In this document: piece by piece, positions 1-8,499 of the stretch | Position numbering within the stretch: position 1 is the first letter of the stretch | Layout: each line of letters opens with the position of its first letter | Origin: Candidatus Parvarchaeota archaeon | GTDB lineage: Archaea; Nanobdellota; Nanobdellia; WJKC01 | Length of the DNA: 41,811 bases | Direction of reading: 5' to 3' | NCBI GenBank assembly: GCA_030615175.1 | Contig: JAUWZX010000005.1 | Span: 1 to 41,811, forward strand | Notes under the pieces: model-generated | Seen by the model: the letters and a program-made list of their open reading frames with translations, nothing else | Told to the model about the DNA's origin: nothing | Databases searched by the model: none | Translations under genes and position numbers: made by a program

Positions 1-1
1 C

Positions 2-178
2 AGGGAAGGAAAGAATAAAAACTTCTTCTACTTAAACGCTGAAGAAGTGAACAGGCTAAAGAACGTACTAAAACAATTCACAGAACAAAGCGAGCAAACA
101 ACAGCAATAATCAGGAAATGCAGGACATGCAAATGGATAGAGAAGCAAAAGAGGAAGGATTTGTTTTTCAATGATTAA
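2..178 (+). CDS. 3' end of a gene truncated by the window edge; possible HTH-wing plus CxxC
   Basis: Frame 2 is open from the edge: REGKNKNFFYLNAEEV...RKCRTCKW...FFND, stop TAA at 176-178. Manual translation. Confidence 0.55.
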   Translation, partial: REGKNKNFFYLNAEEVNRLKNVLKQFTEQSEQTTAIIRKCRTCKWIEKQKRKDLFFND

Positions 179-266
179 TGAATATTACCGGAAAAAGGGA
201 CACGAGGTGTCCACGCCTTTATAAATGGTAATTTTTTTTAATAAATTAACAATTGGAGGTATAAAT

Positions 267-554
267 ATGGTTGATGAAAATTTAATACAAAAAGTATGGG
301 AAAAAGCAAAAATTATTAAGAATTATAATCCAGACTTATGGAGAAAAGATGAATGTAATGCGTGGATCAAAAGAAGTAATCATGGAAATAGGAATTCACT
401 ATATGGATGGGAAATAGATCATATTTCACCAAGCGGTGGAGATAATATATCAAACCTTAGACCCTTACAATGGAAGAACAATGTTGATAAAAGTGATGAA
501 AGACTAATATGTCCTGTTATTTCACAAGAAACAAGAAATATAGATAAAAAGTAA
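267..554 (+). CDS. Small stand-alone HNH endonuclease (95 aa)
   Basis: GWEIDHISPSGGDNISNLRPLQWKNN HNH motif. GGAGGT SD lies just upstream of ATG 267, favouring this start over 225. Confidence 0.85.
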   Translation: MVDENLIQKVWEKAKIIKNYNPDLWRKDECNAWIKRSNHGNRNSLYGWEIDHISPSGGDNISNLRPLQWKNNVDKSDERLICPVISQETRNIDKK

Positions 555-632
555 ATATTTGTTTTCAGTTATTAATAATCAACATGAATTGCTAGCTAAC
601 AATATTTAAAAATAAATAAAAGATACCAAATA

Positions 633-1778
633 TTGAGGGATAAAATGAACAAATCTTCAAATAAAAAAGAAGGCAATACTTCTAAAAGACCTATTTTAAG
701 AAGAAACATTGTTCTTAGGAGGATGCTTAAAGAAAATCTTCTAAATTTTAACACCGAATGGACGGATACTAAAAAAATGAAACTAAAGAAAACAAAATTT
801 AACTTTATAGATTTGTTTGCTGGTGCTGGAGGCATTAGTTGTGGGTTTTGCATGGCTGGATTAAGGCCTATTTTGGGTGTGGAAATTAACCCGGTTGCGT
901 GTGAAACATACAGGAATAATTTTCCTGAAGCAAAAATGCATTGTGGTGACATTAAAGGATTAACTAACGAGGAAATAAATAAAATCATTGAGAACCAACA
1001 AGTACACATAATAACAGGGGGATTTCCTTGTCAAGGATTTTCAGTTGCTGGATATAGAGATCCTGATGATAAAAGAAACACTTTGTATAAGGAAGTTGTT
1101 AGAATTGTTAAAAGCTTAAAGCCCTGGTATATTATTCTAGAGAACGTAGCAAACATTGTTACAATGAAAAATGGAGAAGTTTACAAAACAATAATAAAAG
1201 ATTTTGAAAGTGTTGGTTATCCTAATATGTCTGTGCATATTTTAGAAGCAGCTGATTATGGTATTGGGCAATTGAGAACTAGGGCTATTTTTATAGCAAA
1301 TAGGTTCGGATTAAAGAATCCTTACCCAAAGCCTCAATTGAAGCCAGAAGATTATACTCCTATCGAAACAGTTATTGGAGATTTAAAAAATAAGAAACGA
1401 GATCCTTCTATCAATCACGAATGGACTAAGCATTCTAAAGAATTTATTAAAAGAATTTCAAAAGTCAAACATGGTTGTTCATTGTATAAAACGTTTGTAG
1501 ATGCATATAAAAGGCAGTATAAAGGACTTCCTTCAATGACAATAAAGGAAAATCATGGAGCCGCGAATATCCATTATAAATTAAATAGGTGCCTTTCAGC
1601 AAGAGAAATGGCCCGCTTGCAGTCATTTCCAGATTCCTTCATTTTTTCAGGGAGCATGAAAAAGGCAATGTGGCAAATTGGTAATGCCGTACCCCCAATC
1701 ATGTTTAAAAATATAGCTTTGGCGATTAGCTCAAAATTAGAAAAAATTGAGGAAAAATTTGCTAAGAATACTTTTTAA
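633..1778 (+). CDS. DNA (cytosine-5) methyltransferase
   Basis: Motif I DLFAGAGG, IV GGFPCQGFS, VI ENV, VIII QLRTR, IX SAREMARLQSFPD, X QIGNAVPP. The true start may be a downstream ATG. Confidence 0.97.
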   Translation: MRDKMNKSSNKKEGNTSKRPILRRNIVLRRMLKENLLNFNTEWTDTKKMKLKKTKFNFIDLFAGAGGISCGFCMAGLRPILGVEINPVACETYRNNFPEAKMHCGDIKGLTNEEINKIIENQQVHIITGGFPCQGFSVAGYRDPDDKRNTLYKEVVRIVKSLKPWYIILENVANIVTMKNGEVYKTIIKDFESVGYPNMSVHILEAADYGIGQLRTRAIFIANRFGLKNPYPKPQLKPEDYTPIETVIGDLKNKKRDPSINHEWTKHSKEFIKRISKVKHGCSLYKTFVDAYKRQYKGLPSMTIKENHGAANIHYKLNRCLSAREMARLQSFPDSFIFSGSMKKAMWQIGNAVPPIMFKNIALAISSKLEKIEEKFAKNTF

Positions 1779-2709
1779 TGACTCTATTTAATTCTTCTTT
1801 CCATTTTGTCATATCGTACCAGCCACAACCGCAACACTCTCTTTCTGCTTCTTTTCCTCTTTTAGGCACCCTTTTAGGCCAATTTTCGTCACCAACGTAA
1901 AAAAATTTAATTCCGTGAGGAAATCCTCTTTTCCCCATTTGATAACACTTCCTGCAAACCTCTCTTTTTTGTTGATTTCTTCGGTTGGATAATAATTGAA
2001 ATTTTTTTCTTATTTGCTCTTCAGTCATATCATCGAGATTCTCTTCCCTTGTTTTTTCATCCCATCTTATTTCAGGAAATTTGTGGTCCGGTAACAAAGA
2101 AGATCTTCTTCTACTTTCAAAAACATCAAAATTATTTAGAACCCTCAAAATCTTTCTTCTTAGTTTTGGAGACAAAATTTCGTACCCCGTCTCGTGCCCT
2201 CTTGACAAAGGGAGCATTATCAAGTGAGTTGTTTTCTTATTACATTTTTTGCAAAACATATTTGTGTTTGTAGCAAGAGTATAACCAAATTCTTTAATGT
2301 CTTGAATTCTTCTAGCCCAATTTGGATTTCTTGGCAATTCGCAATAAACACATTTCCAATCGAAGTCTTTTAATTTTTCGAAAAATTCTCTAGTTACTTT
2401 TTTACGTGTGCTATCCCAAAAGATACTTTGTTCTCTAAGCCATTGCTTGTAATTTTTCGGATTCATCTGTTTGTGCGTTTTTTCAAGTAATTCAGCTATC
2501 TCCTCTTCGGTTCTAGCTGAAACGCCCGTTCTTCTATATTCAATTGGAACAGAGCCTTTCCAGGCAGTTTTTTGTTTAGGATACGAAAATTTCACGTCAA
2601 CATAAACTTCACTTGCTTTTGAATGAGCTCTTATACCAAAAATTGCAATATTTTTATTTTCGATCATTTTTTTCAATGCTATGGGATTTATTTCATAATC
2701 AGGAATCAT
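1762..2709 (-). CDS. Putative type II restriction endonuclease, Zn-binding HNH (beta-beta-alpha-Me) type
   Basis: Convergent with and overlapping the MTase by 17 bp. LPDHKFP...FQLLSNRRNQQKREVCRKC catalytic-like motif; CxxC pairs CVYC, CKKC, CRKC, CCGC. Confidence 0.75.
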   Translation of the reverse strand: MIPDYEINPIALKKMIENKNIAIFGIRAHSKASEVYVDVKFSYPKQKTAWKGSVPIEYRRTGVSARTEEEIAELLEKTHKQMNPKNYKQWLREQSIFWDSTRKKVTREFFEKLKDFDWKCVYCELPRNPNWARRIQDIKEFGYTLATNTNMFCKKCNKKTTHLIMLPLSRGHETGYEILSPKLRRKILRVLNNFDVFESRRRSSLLPDHKFPEIRWDEKTREENLDDMTEEQIRKKFQLLSNRRNQQKREVCRKCYQMGKRGFPHGIKFFYVGDENWPKRVPKRGKEAERECCGCGWYDMTKWKEELNRVIKKYS

Positions 2710-2962
2710 TTTTTAATCCCTCCAAAATATTTTTTCCTAAATTTGTAATAACATAAGTAACTGTTCTTGAACTGCCCGTTACTGACATCACCAAACCTTT
2801 TTGTTCCATAACTTTTAGAATTCTGCTTGTGGAAGATCGATGTATATTCAATTCTGACGCCAATTCGCTTGATAACAAGCTTCTTTTTGATAATACTTTA
2901 AGTATTAAAATCCTGTATTTCCCATCTTTTACCCAGTTCAGTAATTCCAAAGTCATTAACAT
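2699..2962 (-). CDS. Winged helix-turn-helix regulator (ArsR/MarR-like), probable controller of the R gene
   Basis: ILKVLSKRSLLSSELASELNIHRSSTSRILKVMEQKGLV...YVITNLG wHTH pattern; overlaps the start of the endonuclease. Confidence 0.85.
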   Translation of the reverse strand: MLMTLELLNWVKDGKYRILILKVLSKRSLLSSELASELNIHRSSTSRILKVMEQKGLVMSVTGSSRTVTYVITNLGKNILEGLKNDS

Positions 2963-3025
2963 ATAGTTAACATTTAGTTTTTATAAAATGAATTAACATA
3001 TAATTAACATCAATGGATGTTAATT
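2956..3025. promoter_or_regulatory. Operator/promoter of the wHTH-endonuclease operon
   Basis: TTAACAT at 2956, 2967, 2993 and 3004, and inverted at 3017. Perfect inverted repeat AATTAACATC-aatg-GATGTTAATT (3002-3025). TATA-like TTTTATAAAA at 2979-2988. Confidence 0.7.
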
Positions 3026-3134
3026 TTCCACTCCAGTAACCCACCCGGCGTTTCCGTTTTAAAATAAGTGAATTTATGTTCTTAATCGAATTGATTTATA
3101 TTTACTCGCGCCTCATACACGTTTATAAAATCTT

Positions 3135-3788
3135 TTATCGTCCTAAACTATTATAAAAAGAGCATTTTCCTTTCAAAGGGCACGATTCACATTTTGGCTT
3201 TGTTTTACAAACAAGCGCTCCCAAGTCTAACAATCCCCAGTTATACTCTTTAAAATTTTTTCTAGGAACCAATTCTTCCGCTTTCTTTAATAATCTTTTA
3301 TTGTGTCTTAAATCTTTATCATTTTTAATATTAAAAAACCGCGATACAACCCTGCTTGTATTTACATCCAGTATGGGTAATCTTTTATCAAGTGCGAAAC
3401 AAAAAACCGCATTTGAAATATATTGGCCAACATTATTAAACTCGCTTAGTTTTTTTTCATTAGGGGGGAAGCCCTCACCACCATACTTCTCAGTTATCTC
3501 TTTCGAAGCGTTAATTAATGCTTTAGTTCTTCTTTTACCCAAACCTATCTTAGAAATTATCCTAAAGATTTCTCTTTCTTTTGCATGGGTTATTAACTTA
3601 AATAACTTGTATTTTTTCAAAAAATCCTTTATCACTGGTTCTGCGTTCTCCGCTCTAGTTTTTTGCAAAAACATCTCCACGATTAACATTTGATACGGCG
3701 ACATTTTTCGTTCCCGCCAGAAAAAGAGTCTTCCGTTAGTTTTATAAAAGCTCCTTACTTTGTCTCTAAAATGCTGGTCTAATTTCAT
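3135..3788 (-). CDS. HhH-GPD base-excision DNA glycosylase with [4Fe-4S] cluster (Mig/MutY-like, probable T:G mismatch glycosylase)
   Basis: WR...PYQMLIVEMFLQKT, HhH VGQYISNAV, catalytic LDVN, NWGLLDLGALVC, CxxxxxCxxCxxxxxC cluster motif; no MutY C-terminal NUDIX-like domain. Confidence 0.9.
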   Translation of the reverse strand: MKLDQHFRDKVRSFYKTNGRLFFWRERKMSPYQMLIVEMFLQKTRAENAEPVIKDFLKKYKLFKLITHAKEREIFRIISKIGLGKRRTKALINASKEITEKYGGEGFPPNEKKLSEFNNVGQYISNAVFCFALDKRLPILDVNTSRVVSRFFNIKNDKDLRHNKRLLKKAEELVPRKNFKEYNWGLLDLGALVCKTKPKCESCPLKGKCSFYNSLGR

Positions 3789-3808
3789 TTAAATTACTAC
3801 CTTCCTTT

Positions 3809-4001
3809 TTACAAAGTCTTTTTTAATAATTTGTAACGTATAAAAGCGTCTCTTCCAACAACTCTTTTTATTTGCCTTTTTTAATTAATTTTTGCAAAAT
3901 AATTTGCAATGTTTTTTCTTCTAGCCTTGTTTGTTTTAATAATTCAAATATTGAACAAGGTCTCTAGCATTTTTAAAAATTTTCAAAATTTTTTCAGTCA
4001 T
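3809..4001 (-). pseudogene. Probable frameshifted wHTH gene remnant
   Basis: Three consecutive frames read MTEKILKI... / RPCSIFELLKQTRLEEKTLQIILQKLIKKGK / IKRVVGRDAFIRYKLLKKTL*, a wHTH-like pattern requiring two frameshifts. Confidence 0.45.
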
Positions 4002-4306
4002 AATTAATAACTTAACAATTATCTTGAATATATATAATTACTTTTATATTCTTCTAGTAATAATTATTAATGATGAATGAAGTCTTGTGGGCGCTCACCA
4101 CCTCATCTTTAAATACAACTTCCAGTTCATTTATTAGTAATGAATGAAACTTTATCCCGAATGCCTGAATGGTACCAAGAACTAACTAGGTCAATGGAGA
4201 GTAAGAAACTTGATTTTTGCCTAAAAAGTGATGATTTTTATAAAATCCAAGAAAGGTTTTAATTAATCACAAAATATTTATAACAGAGTTTTTGCTTTAA
4301 AGCAAT

Positions 4307-6127
4307 ATGAATAAAGCATATTTAGTACTTTTAGGATTAGTAATTTTTGCAGGTTGTACTGGTTCAACTGGTGAATTTATTAAAGAATATTTGCAAGGTG
4401 AGGGTATTACTTGCCTTGATATCTGTAATACCCAACCGCATGAATCATGTGAAGAGTTTACTTGGAACATCACTGGTGAACCACCTAATTGTGTTTGCTC
4501 ATATTATTGTAATACTACAACACAGGAAACATCACAAATATGGACACAAGTAAATGAGACCACGCTAACAAGATGTACTCCTTCATGGTCTTGTAGCGAA
4601 TGGAGTGAATGTTCATCTACTACTTTAACACAAACAAGAACTTGCACTGACTTAAATGAATGTAATGTAATAACTGATAAGCCTGCTGAAAACCAATCCT
4701 GCAGTATTGATACAAAAAATGTTTACAATTCAAGGGAAAGTATAGAATTATTTGGTGATAAAAGATATAGTGAAATTGTAAGTACGGCTATTGATTACTT
4801 TCAAGCCAATTATGTAACGAACCACGGTTGTAGTCCAACACCTTGTAATAAAGATTACTGGACAAGCACGGATGGAGGAAACACACACTATTATTTAGAT
4901 AAAAATCAATGGACTGTTAAGTTAGAAATTAATTATAAAAACAATACTCAATTCTGGTACGAATACTTCTTAGTCACAGTTGACCAAGATACATATGAAA
5001 TATTAGATATAAAACAAGTTGATATAGAGGAAGTGGATATTTCATTTAATGTTTCTGATTTTAAGGTTTATAAGGAAGGTGAGAACATATACGCTAAGTT
5101 TACATTAGAATACCCATTACATTACTTGAAGAGGGGGCCATTAAATATTTACACACACCCTAACAAAAATTTGAGTCCGCCATTTGAATTTGATGAATCT
5201 ACACTTGTTCAATTAGGCACTAATGATGAAGATAATTATGTTTGGACTGATGATATAACGCAATATTCTGACAATTACTATCAACTTCAGGTTTATGAAA
5301 TTGGAATAGAACTCTGTGACTCAGAATTAGATGTCTGCGAATTTATTAGAAAAGAATATAATGCAATAATAGACTTCACTTCATTTGGTGATACTCAAGA
5401 AGTGGATATAACTCCTCCAACAATACAATGGGTTAAGATTAATGGAATCAGTGTAAATAATGGAACGATAATAACAATTACTGCTGGCGATTCAATCACT
5501 ATAACTGCAGAAGCTACAGATTCGCTTTCTGGTTTACAGTACCATGGGGTTGAATGGTTTGGACTTACTGGTGGTCGTACACAAAGTGGTTTTGCTTCTT
5601 CAGAAGAACTATTCACTTTCACGTTAGGCGAGAATTTTGGCATTTCCCCTTATATGGAACGGGGTACTTATAGATTAGTATTAAAGTTCAAAGATGTTGT
5701 AGGCAATTCAGTAACGAATACTTTTTGGATAAACATCTCATATGCTGAAGCAACTTCACAAGTGGATACTAATCCTCCTACTTATGATTATTCTCAATGC
5801 TTTCAAATAATTAAGTTTAATTTTGATGCTGAAGGAAATGACCATTACAACTTAACTGATGAATATGTGACTATTCAGAATACTTGTGCTGAAAATATTG
5901 ACATGACTGGCTGGACAATAAGAGATGAAGAAGATAAACACTTTTACCCATTCCCAAACTTCATACTATCTGCCTCGGAAACATTCACTTTATATACTGG
6001 TGAAGGAGAAAATACTGCAACTTCTTTATATTGGGGAAGAATCTATGGAGCGGTTTGGAATAATGATGGGGATACACTTTACTTATGGGATGGTAATGGA
6101 AATATTGTGTTTTACTATTCATACTAA
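4307..6127 (+). CDS. Surface lipoprotein: Cys-rich/TSP1-like repeat, Ig-like domain, C-terminal lamin tail domain
   Basis: Lipobox IFAG|C; CTPSWSCSEWSEC...QTRTCTDLNEC; DITPPTI...AEATDSLSG; LTD signature DEYVTIQN...DMTGWTIRD...VWNNDGDTLYLWD. Confidence 0.85.
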   Translation: MNKAYLVLLGLVIFAGCTGSTGEFIKEYLQGEGITCLDICNTQPHESCEEFTWNITGEPPNCVCSYYCNTTTQETSQIWTQVNETTLTRCTPSWSCSEWSECSSTTLTQTRTCTDLNECNVITDKPAENQSCSIDTKNVYNSRESIELFGDKRYSEIVSTAIDYFQANYVTNHGCSPTPCNKDYWTSTDGGNTHYYLDKNQWTVKLEINYKNNTQFWYEYFLVTVDQDTYEILDIKQVDIEEVDISFNVSDFKVYKEGENIYAKFTLEYPLHYLKRGPLNIYTHPNKNLSPPFEFDESTLVQLGTNDEDNYVWTDDITQYSDNYYQLQVYEIGIELCDSELDVCEFIRKEYNAIIDFTSFGDTQEVDITPPTIQWVKINGISVNNGTIITITAGDSITITAEATDSLSGLQYHGVEWFGLTGGRTQSGFASSEELFTFTLGENFGISPYMERGTYRLVLKFKDVVGNSVTNTFWINISYAEATSQVDTNPPTYDYSQCFQIIKFNFDAEGNDHYNLTDEYVTIQNTCAENIDMTGWTIRDEEDKHFYPFPNFILSASETFTLYTGEGENTATSLYWGRIYGAVWNNDGDTLYLWDGNGNIVFYYSY

Positions 6128-6215
6128 GTGAAAAAAATGAAAGAGGAATACAATTGTAAGGTATATGGAAAGGAAATATCTAAAGAAGAAAAACACTTGT
6201 TATTTACAGTGAAAA

Positions 6216-6344
6216 ATGACTGAAGTTCAATTGTGGAGTTTATTAAGTAATAAGCAGAAAGCATTAGTTCTTGCTGTAATACTTCCAATAATATTTCTTG
6301 TTTGCTTGGGCTTGGCTTACTTAATGGTCTTATTTGGTTGGTAA
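6216..6344 (+). CDS. Small single-TM protein (42 aa), not in ORF track
   Basis: MTEVQLWSLLSNKQKALVLAVILPIIFLVCLGLAYLMVLFGW*, manual translation. Confidence 0.45.
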   Translation: MTEVQLWSLLSNKQKALVLAVILPIIFLVCLGLAYLMVLFGW

Positions 6345-6426
6345 AATTCTTAAAATAATAGAATACGCTTGTTTTGGGCTTCTTTTCAGAAAAGAGAATT
6401 AATAAGTATTTGCTCTTAATTACTGT

Positions 6427-6705
6427 TTATTCATTAAATTTTTCTCTTAAATCTTCAAAATAAGAGCGAGGATAAAATTTAATGTACCATTCACATTTTC
6501 TAGGATTATCTATCCCTTTAATGGCCTCTTCTTTAGAAACAATTTTATAACTGCCACCTAATTGAATATTTTGCTTTAAAACAACAACTGCCTCGCAAGT
6601 CCTTTTTTTCTCATACGCATCAAGCGCATCTAAAACATTCTCTAATTGTGTTAACGTTCTTATTCGTTTTGGGTTAACACAAATTAAATCATAAAGTACT
6701 GCCAT
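6427..6705 (-). CDS. Hypothetical protein
   Basis: 92-aa ORF with upstream GAGGTG SD; no recognised motif. Confidence 0.6.
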   Translation of the reverse strand: MAVLYDLICVNPKRIRTLTQLENVLDALDAYEKKRTCEAVVVLKQNIQLGGSYKIVSKEEAIKGIDNPRKCEWYIKFYPRSYFEDLREKFNE

Positions 6706-6773
6706 AATAACATTTACACCTCTTTTTTTTATTAAACTTTTTATTTATACATTAATTGAAACAAATAATTTAA

Positions 6774-8378
6774 TTACAGGTATTCTGTCATTTTTTCGAG
6801 CATTTCCCTGCCTCTCGGCTCTTCCTTGAATTCAGGGATTACTGTATAAGAGTAAGAGTAATCTGGCGGAAACCATTCCTCACTTATTTTACTAAGAACG
6901 TTATGCTGGTACTGCTTGTCCTTGACTTTATTAATCACTAAGTGTTTAGGCAAGCTAATATCATAATCCCATAACGCGAAAGGATTAATATCCCTAACAG
7001 ACAATTCTACTTCAAGACTATTCGTCTCCCTTAAAGCAGTCATTGTTGGCTGCAAGACTGGAACAGTCATGAACTCATCAGAAAGCATTTCTAAAGAAGA
7101 GTACTCGTACGCTTCACGCCTGTTCTTTAAGAAATTCATCAAATTCTTTGAACGCTCTGAGAACCTGCCTCTAAGCTTTAATTGAAGCAAGTCAAGCTTG
7201 AACATTCCTTCCTGCATGAAATCATAATCCTCCCTTCCAGTGTCCATATTCTTCTTAATATTACCGCTTGGAGGGGCATCAATTATTAAGCAATCCTTAT
7301 CCTTGTTCACTTCCTTCATTGCGCAGTAAAAAGATATGCCAGGAATACTGTCCAAATACTTATCCTCCTTGTAAACAAGGATTTTCAAGCCATTATACTC
7401 CTCAGTCTTGCTTAAGTCAAACCATGGACTGCCACCATCATATTCAGGGATTACGACTCCAAAGCAGTCGCTTAAACTGCTCTTAGCATCAGCACTAATA
7501 ACGTGAACGGTTTCACCTCTTAACGCCTTCTTCAACGCGTAAGCGCATGACATCGTTGTCTTGCCCTGCCCCCCTTTACCGCAAAACATTACCATCCTCT
7601 TATCAGGCAATTCGCCTGACTCTATTTCATACTCCTGAAATGACTCCACTAATTTCTCCGGAGGATTTAATAAATTAATCAATCCTTCACCCACAGGCTC
7701 GAATGACTGCTCGTATAATACTATTTTCTTAGCAGGATTTAATTCAGTGAAGCAGTCAACGTAATCAAGCCATGAATCCTTCTTAGCGTTATTAATTATT
7801 AAATACTCAAGCCCTGGTTGCAAATCCTTAACTAATGGCTCACTGAAGAACCGGTTAATTTTTTCAAGACTCAGGTCTTCAAGAGTGGTTACTGGAATGA
7901 TTTTAGCATTCCTGCTCTTAATTAATTCCCCTAATTCCTCATTATCACTAGCGTATGACAAGATTCTCTGAAGTCCTTCAAGACTGTCAGTGTCAATTAT
8001 CATTAAGCCGTCAAAACCCTTAATTATCTCCTTGCCAGCAAGTAATTCATACTCAGTGTAAACCCCATTATTAATTTTATCCCTTATCCTGTACGCTTTA
8101 CGGCCTGTTGGTTCTAATTCATTAATGTATAACTTACCGTTTAACTGCTTCTTTAAAACCCTGGTCCTGCGATTAGGCTTCAATTCCTTCCAGTAATTCA
8201 ACGCGTCGCGAACTGAATGGAACGGGTCAGCACTAATTATTAAAGTATTCTTCTCATCCTCGTATAAAGAGCGTAACACCCCTATTAATGTAGCAGCAGT
8301 AGTCTTGCCAACACCACCCTTGCCAGTAATAATGATTAACCCCTCATCCAATTCAACCAAATCATTAAGATAACTCAT
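6774..8378 (-). CDS. Tandem two-domain ArsA/GET3-family ATPase, divergent
   Basis: Deviant Walker A GKGGVGKT and GKGGQGKT; switch I SADPFHS and SADAKSS; switch II DTDSLEG and DAPPSGN. Start 8378 chosen from the upstream TATA spacing. Confidence 0.85.
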   Translation of the reverse strand: MSYLNDLVELDEGLIIITGKGGVGKTTAATLIGVLRSLYEDEKNTLIISADPFHSVRDALNYWKELKPNRRTRVLKKQLNGKLYINELEPTGRKAYRIRDKINNGVYTEYELLAGKEIIKGFDGLMIIDTDSLEGLQRILSYASDNEELGELIKSRNAKIIPVTTLEDLSLEKINRFFSEPLVKDLQPGLEYLIINNAKKDSWLDYVDCFTELNPAKKIVLYEQSFEPVGEGLINLLNPPEKLVESFQEYEIESGELPDKRMVMFCGKGGQGKTTMSCAYALKKALRGETVHVISADAKSSLSDCFGVVIPEYDGGSPWFDLSKTEEYNGLKILVYKEDKYLDSIPGISFYCAMKEVNKDKDCLIIDAPPSGNIKKNMDTGREDYDFMQEGMFKLDLLQLKLRGRFSERSKNLMNFLKNRREAYEYSSLEMLSDEFMTVPVLQPTMTALRETNSLEVELSVRDINPFALWDYDISLPKHLVINKVKDKQYQHNVLSKISEEWFPPDYSYSYTVIPEFKEEPRGREMLEKMTEYL

Positions 8379-8430
8379 AATAAATAAAGAATTATGAAAA
8401 CCCATTTAAAAACCTTTAGGAACCCAAAAA

Positions 8431-8460
8431 TAAAGAAAAAAATAAGAAAAAAAGAAATAA
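8431..8460 (-). terminator. Oligo-T archaeal-type terminator
   Basis: T-rich tracts on the minus strand immediately after the stop at 8464; the same element follows the stop at 10963. Confidence 0.55.
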
Positions 8461-8499
8461 TAATTAGTAACTAGTTCTTTCCTCTAACTTCTCGAAGTC
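8436..8499. repeat. Direct repeat copy 1 (gene 3' end plus U-rich terminator)
   Basis: Matches 10934-10998 with one substitution and one homopolymer indel. Confidence 0.95.

Noticed and set aside
198..212. Short inverted repeat GGACAC-gag-GTGTCC just upstream of TTTATAAA
   Set aside because: Only a 6-bp stem in a single copy; could be an operator but is not distinguishable from chance.
3031..3056. GC-rich patch AACCCACCCGGCGTTTCC resembling a tRNA 3' end or att site
   Set aside because: No TTCRA T-loop, no cloverleaf and no second copy in the window.
4140..4262. 40-aa ORF MNETLSRMPEWYQ...
   Set aside because: Short, with no motif or clear translation signal.
6774..8378. Arsenic-resistance operon
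   Set aside because: No other ars genes are adjacent and the signature motifs are diverged, so no gene symbol was assigned.
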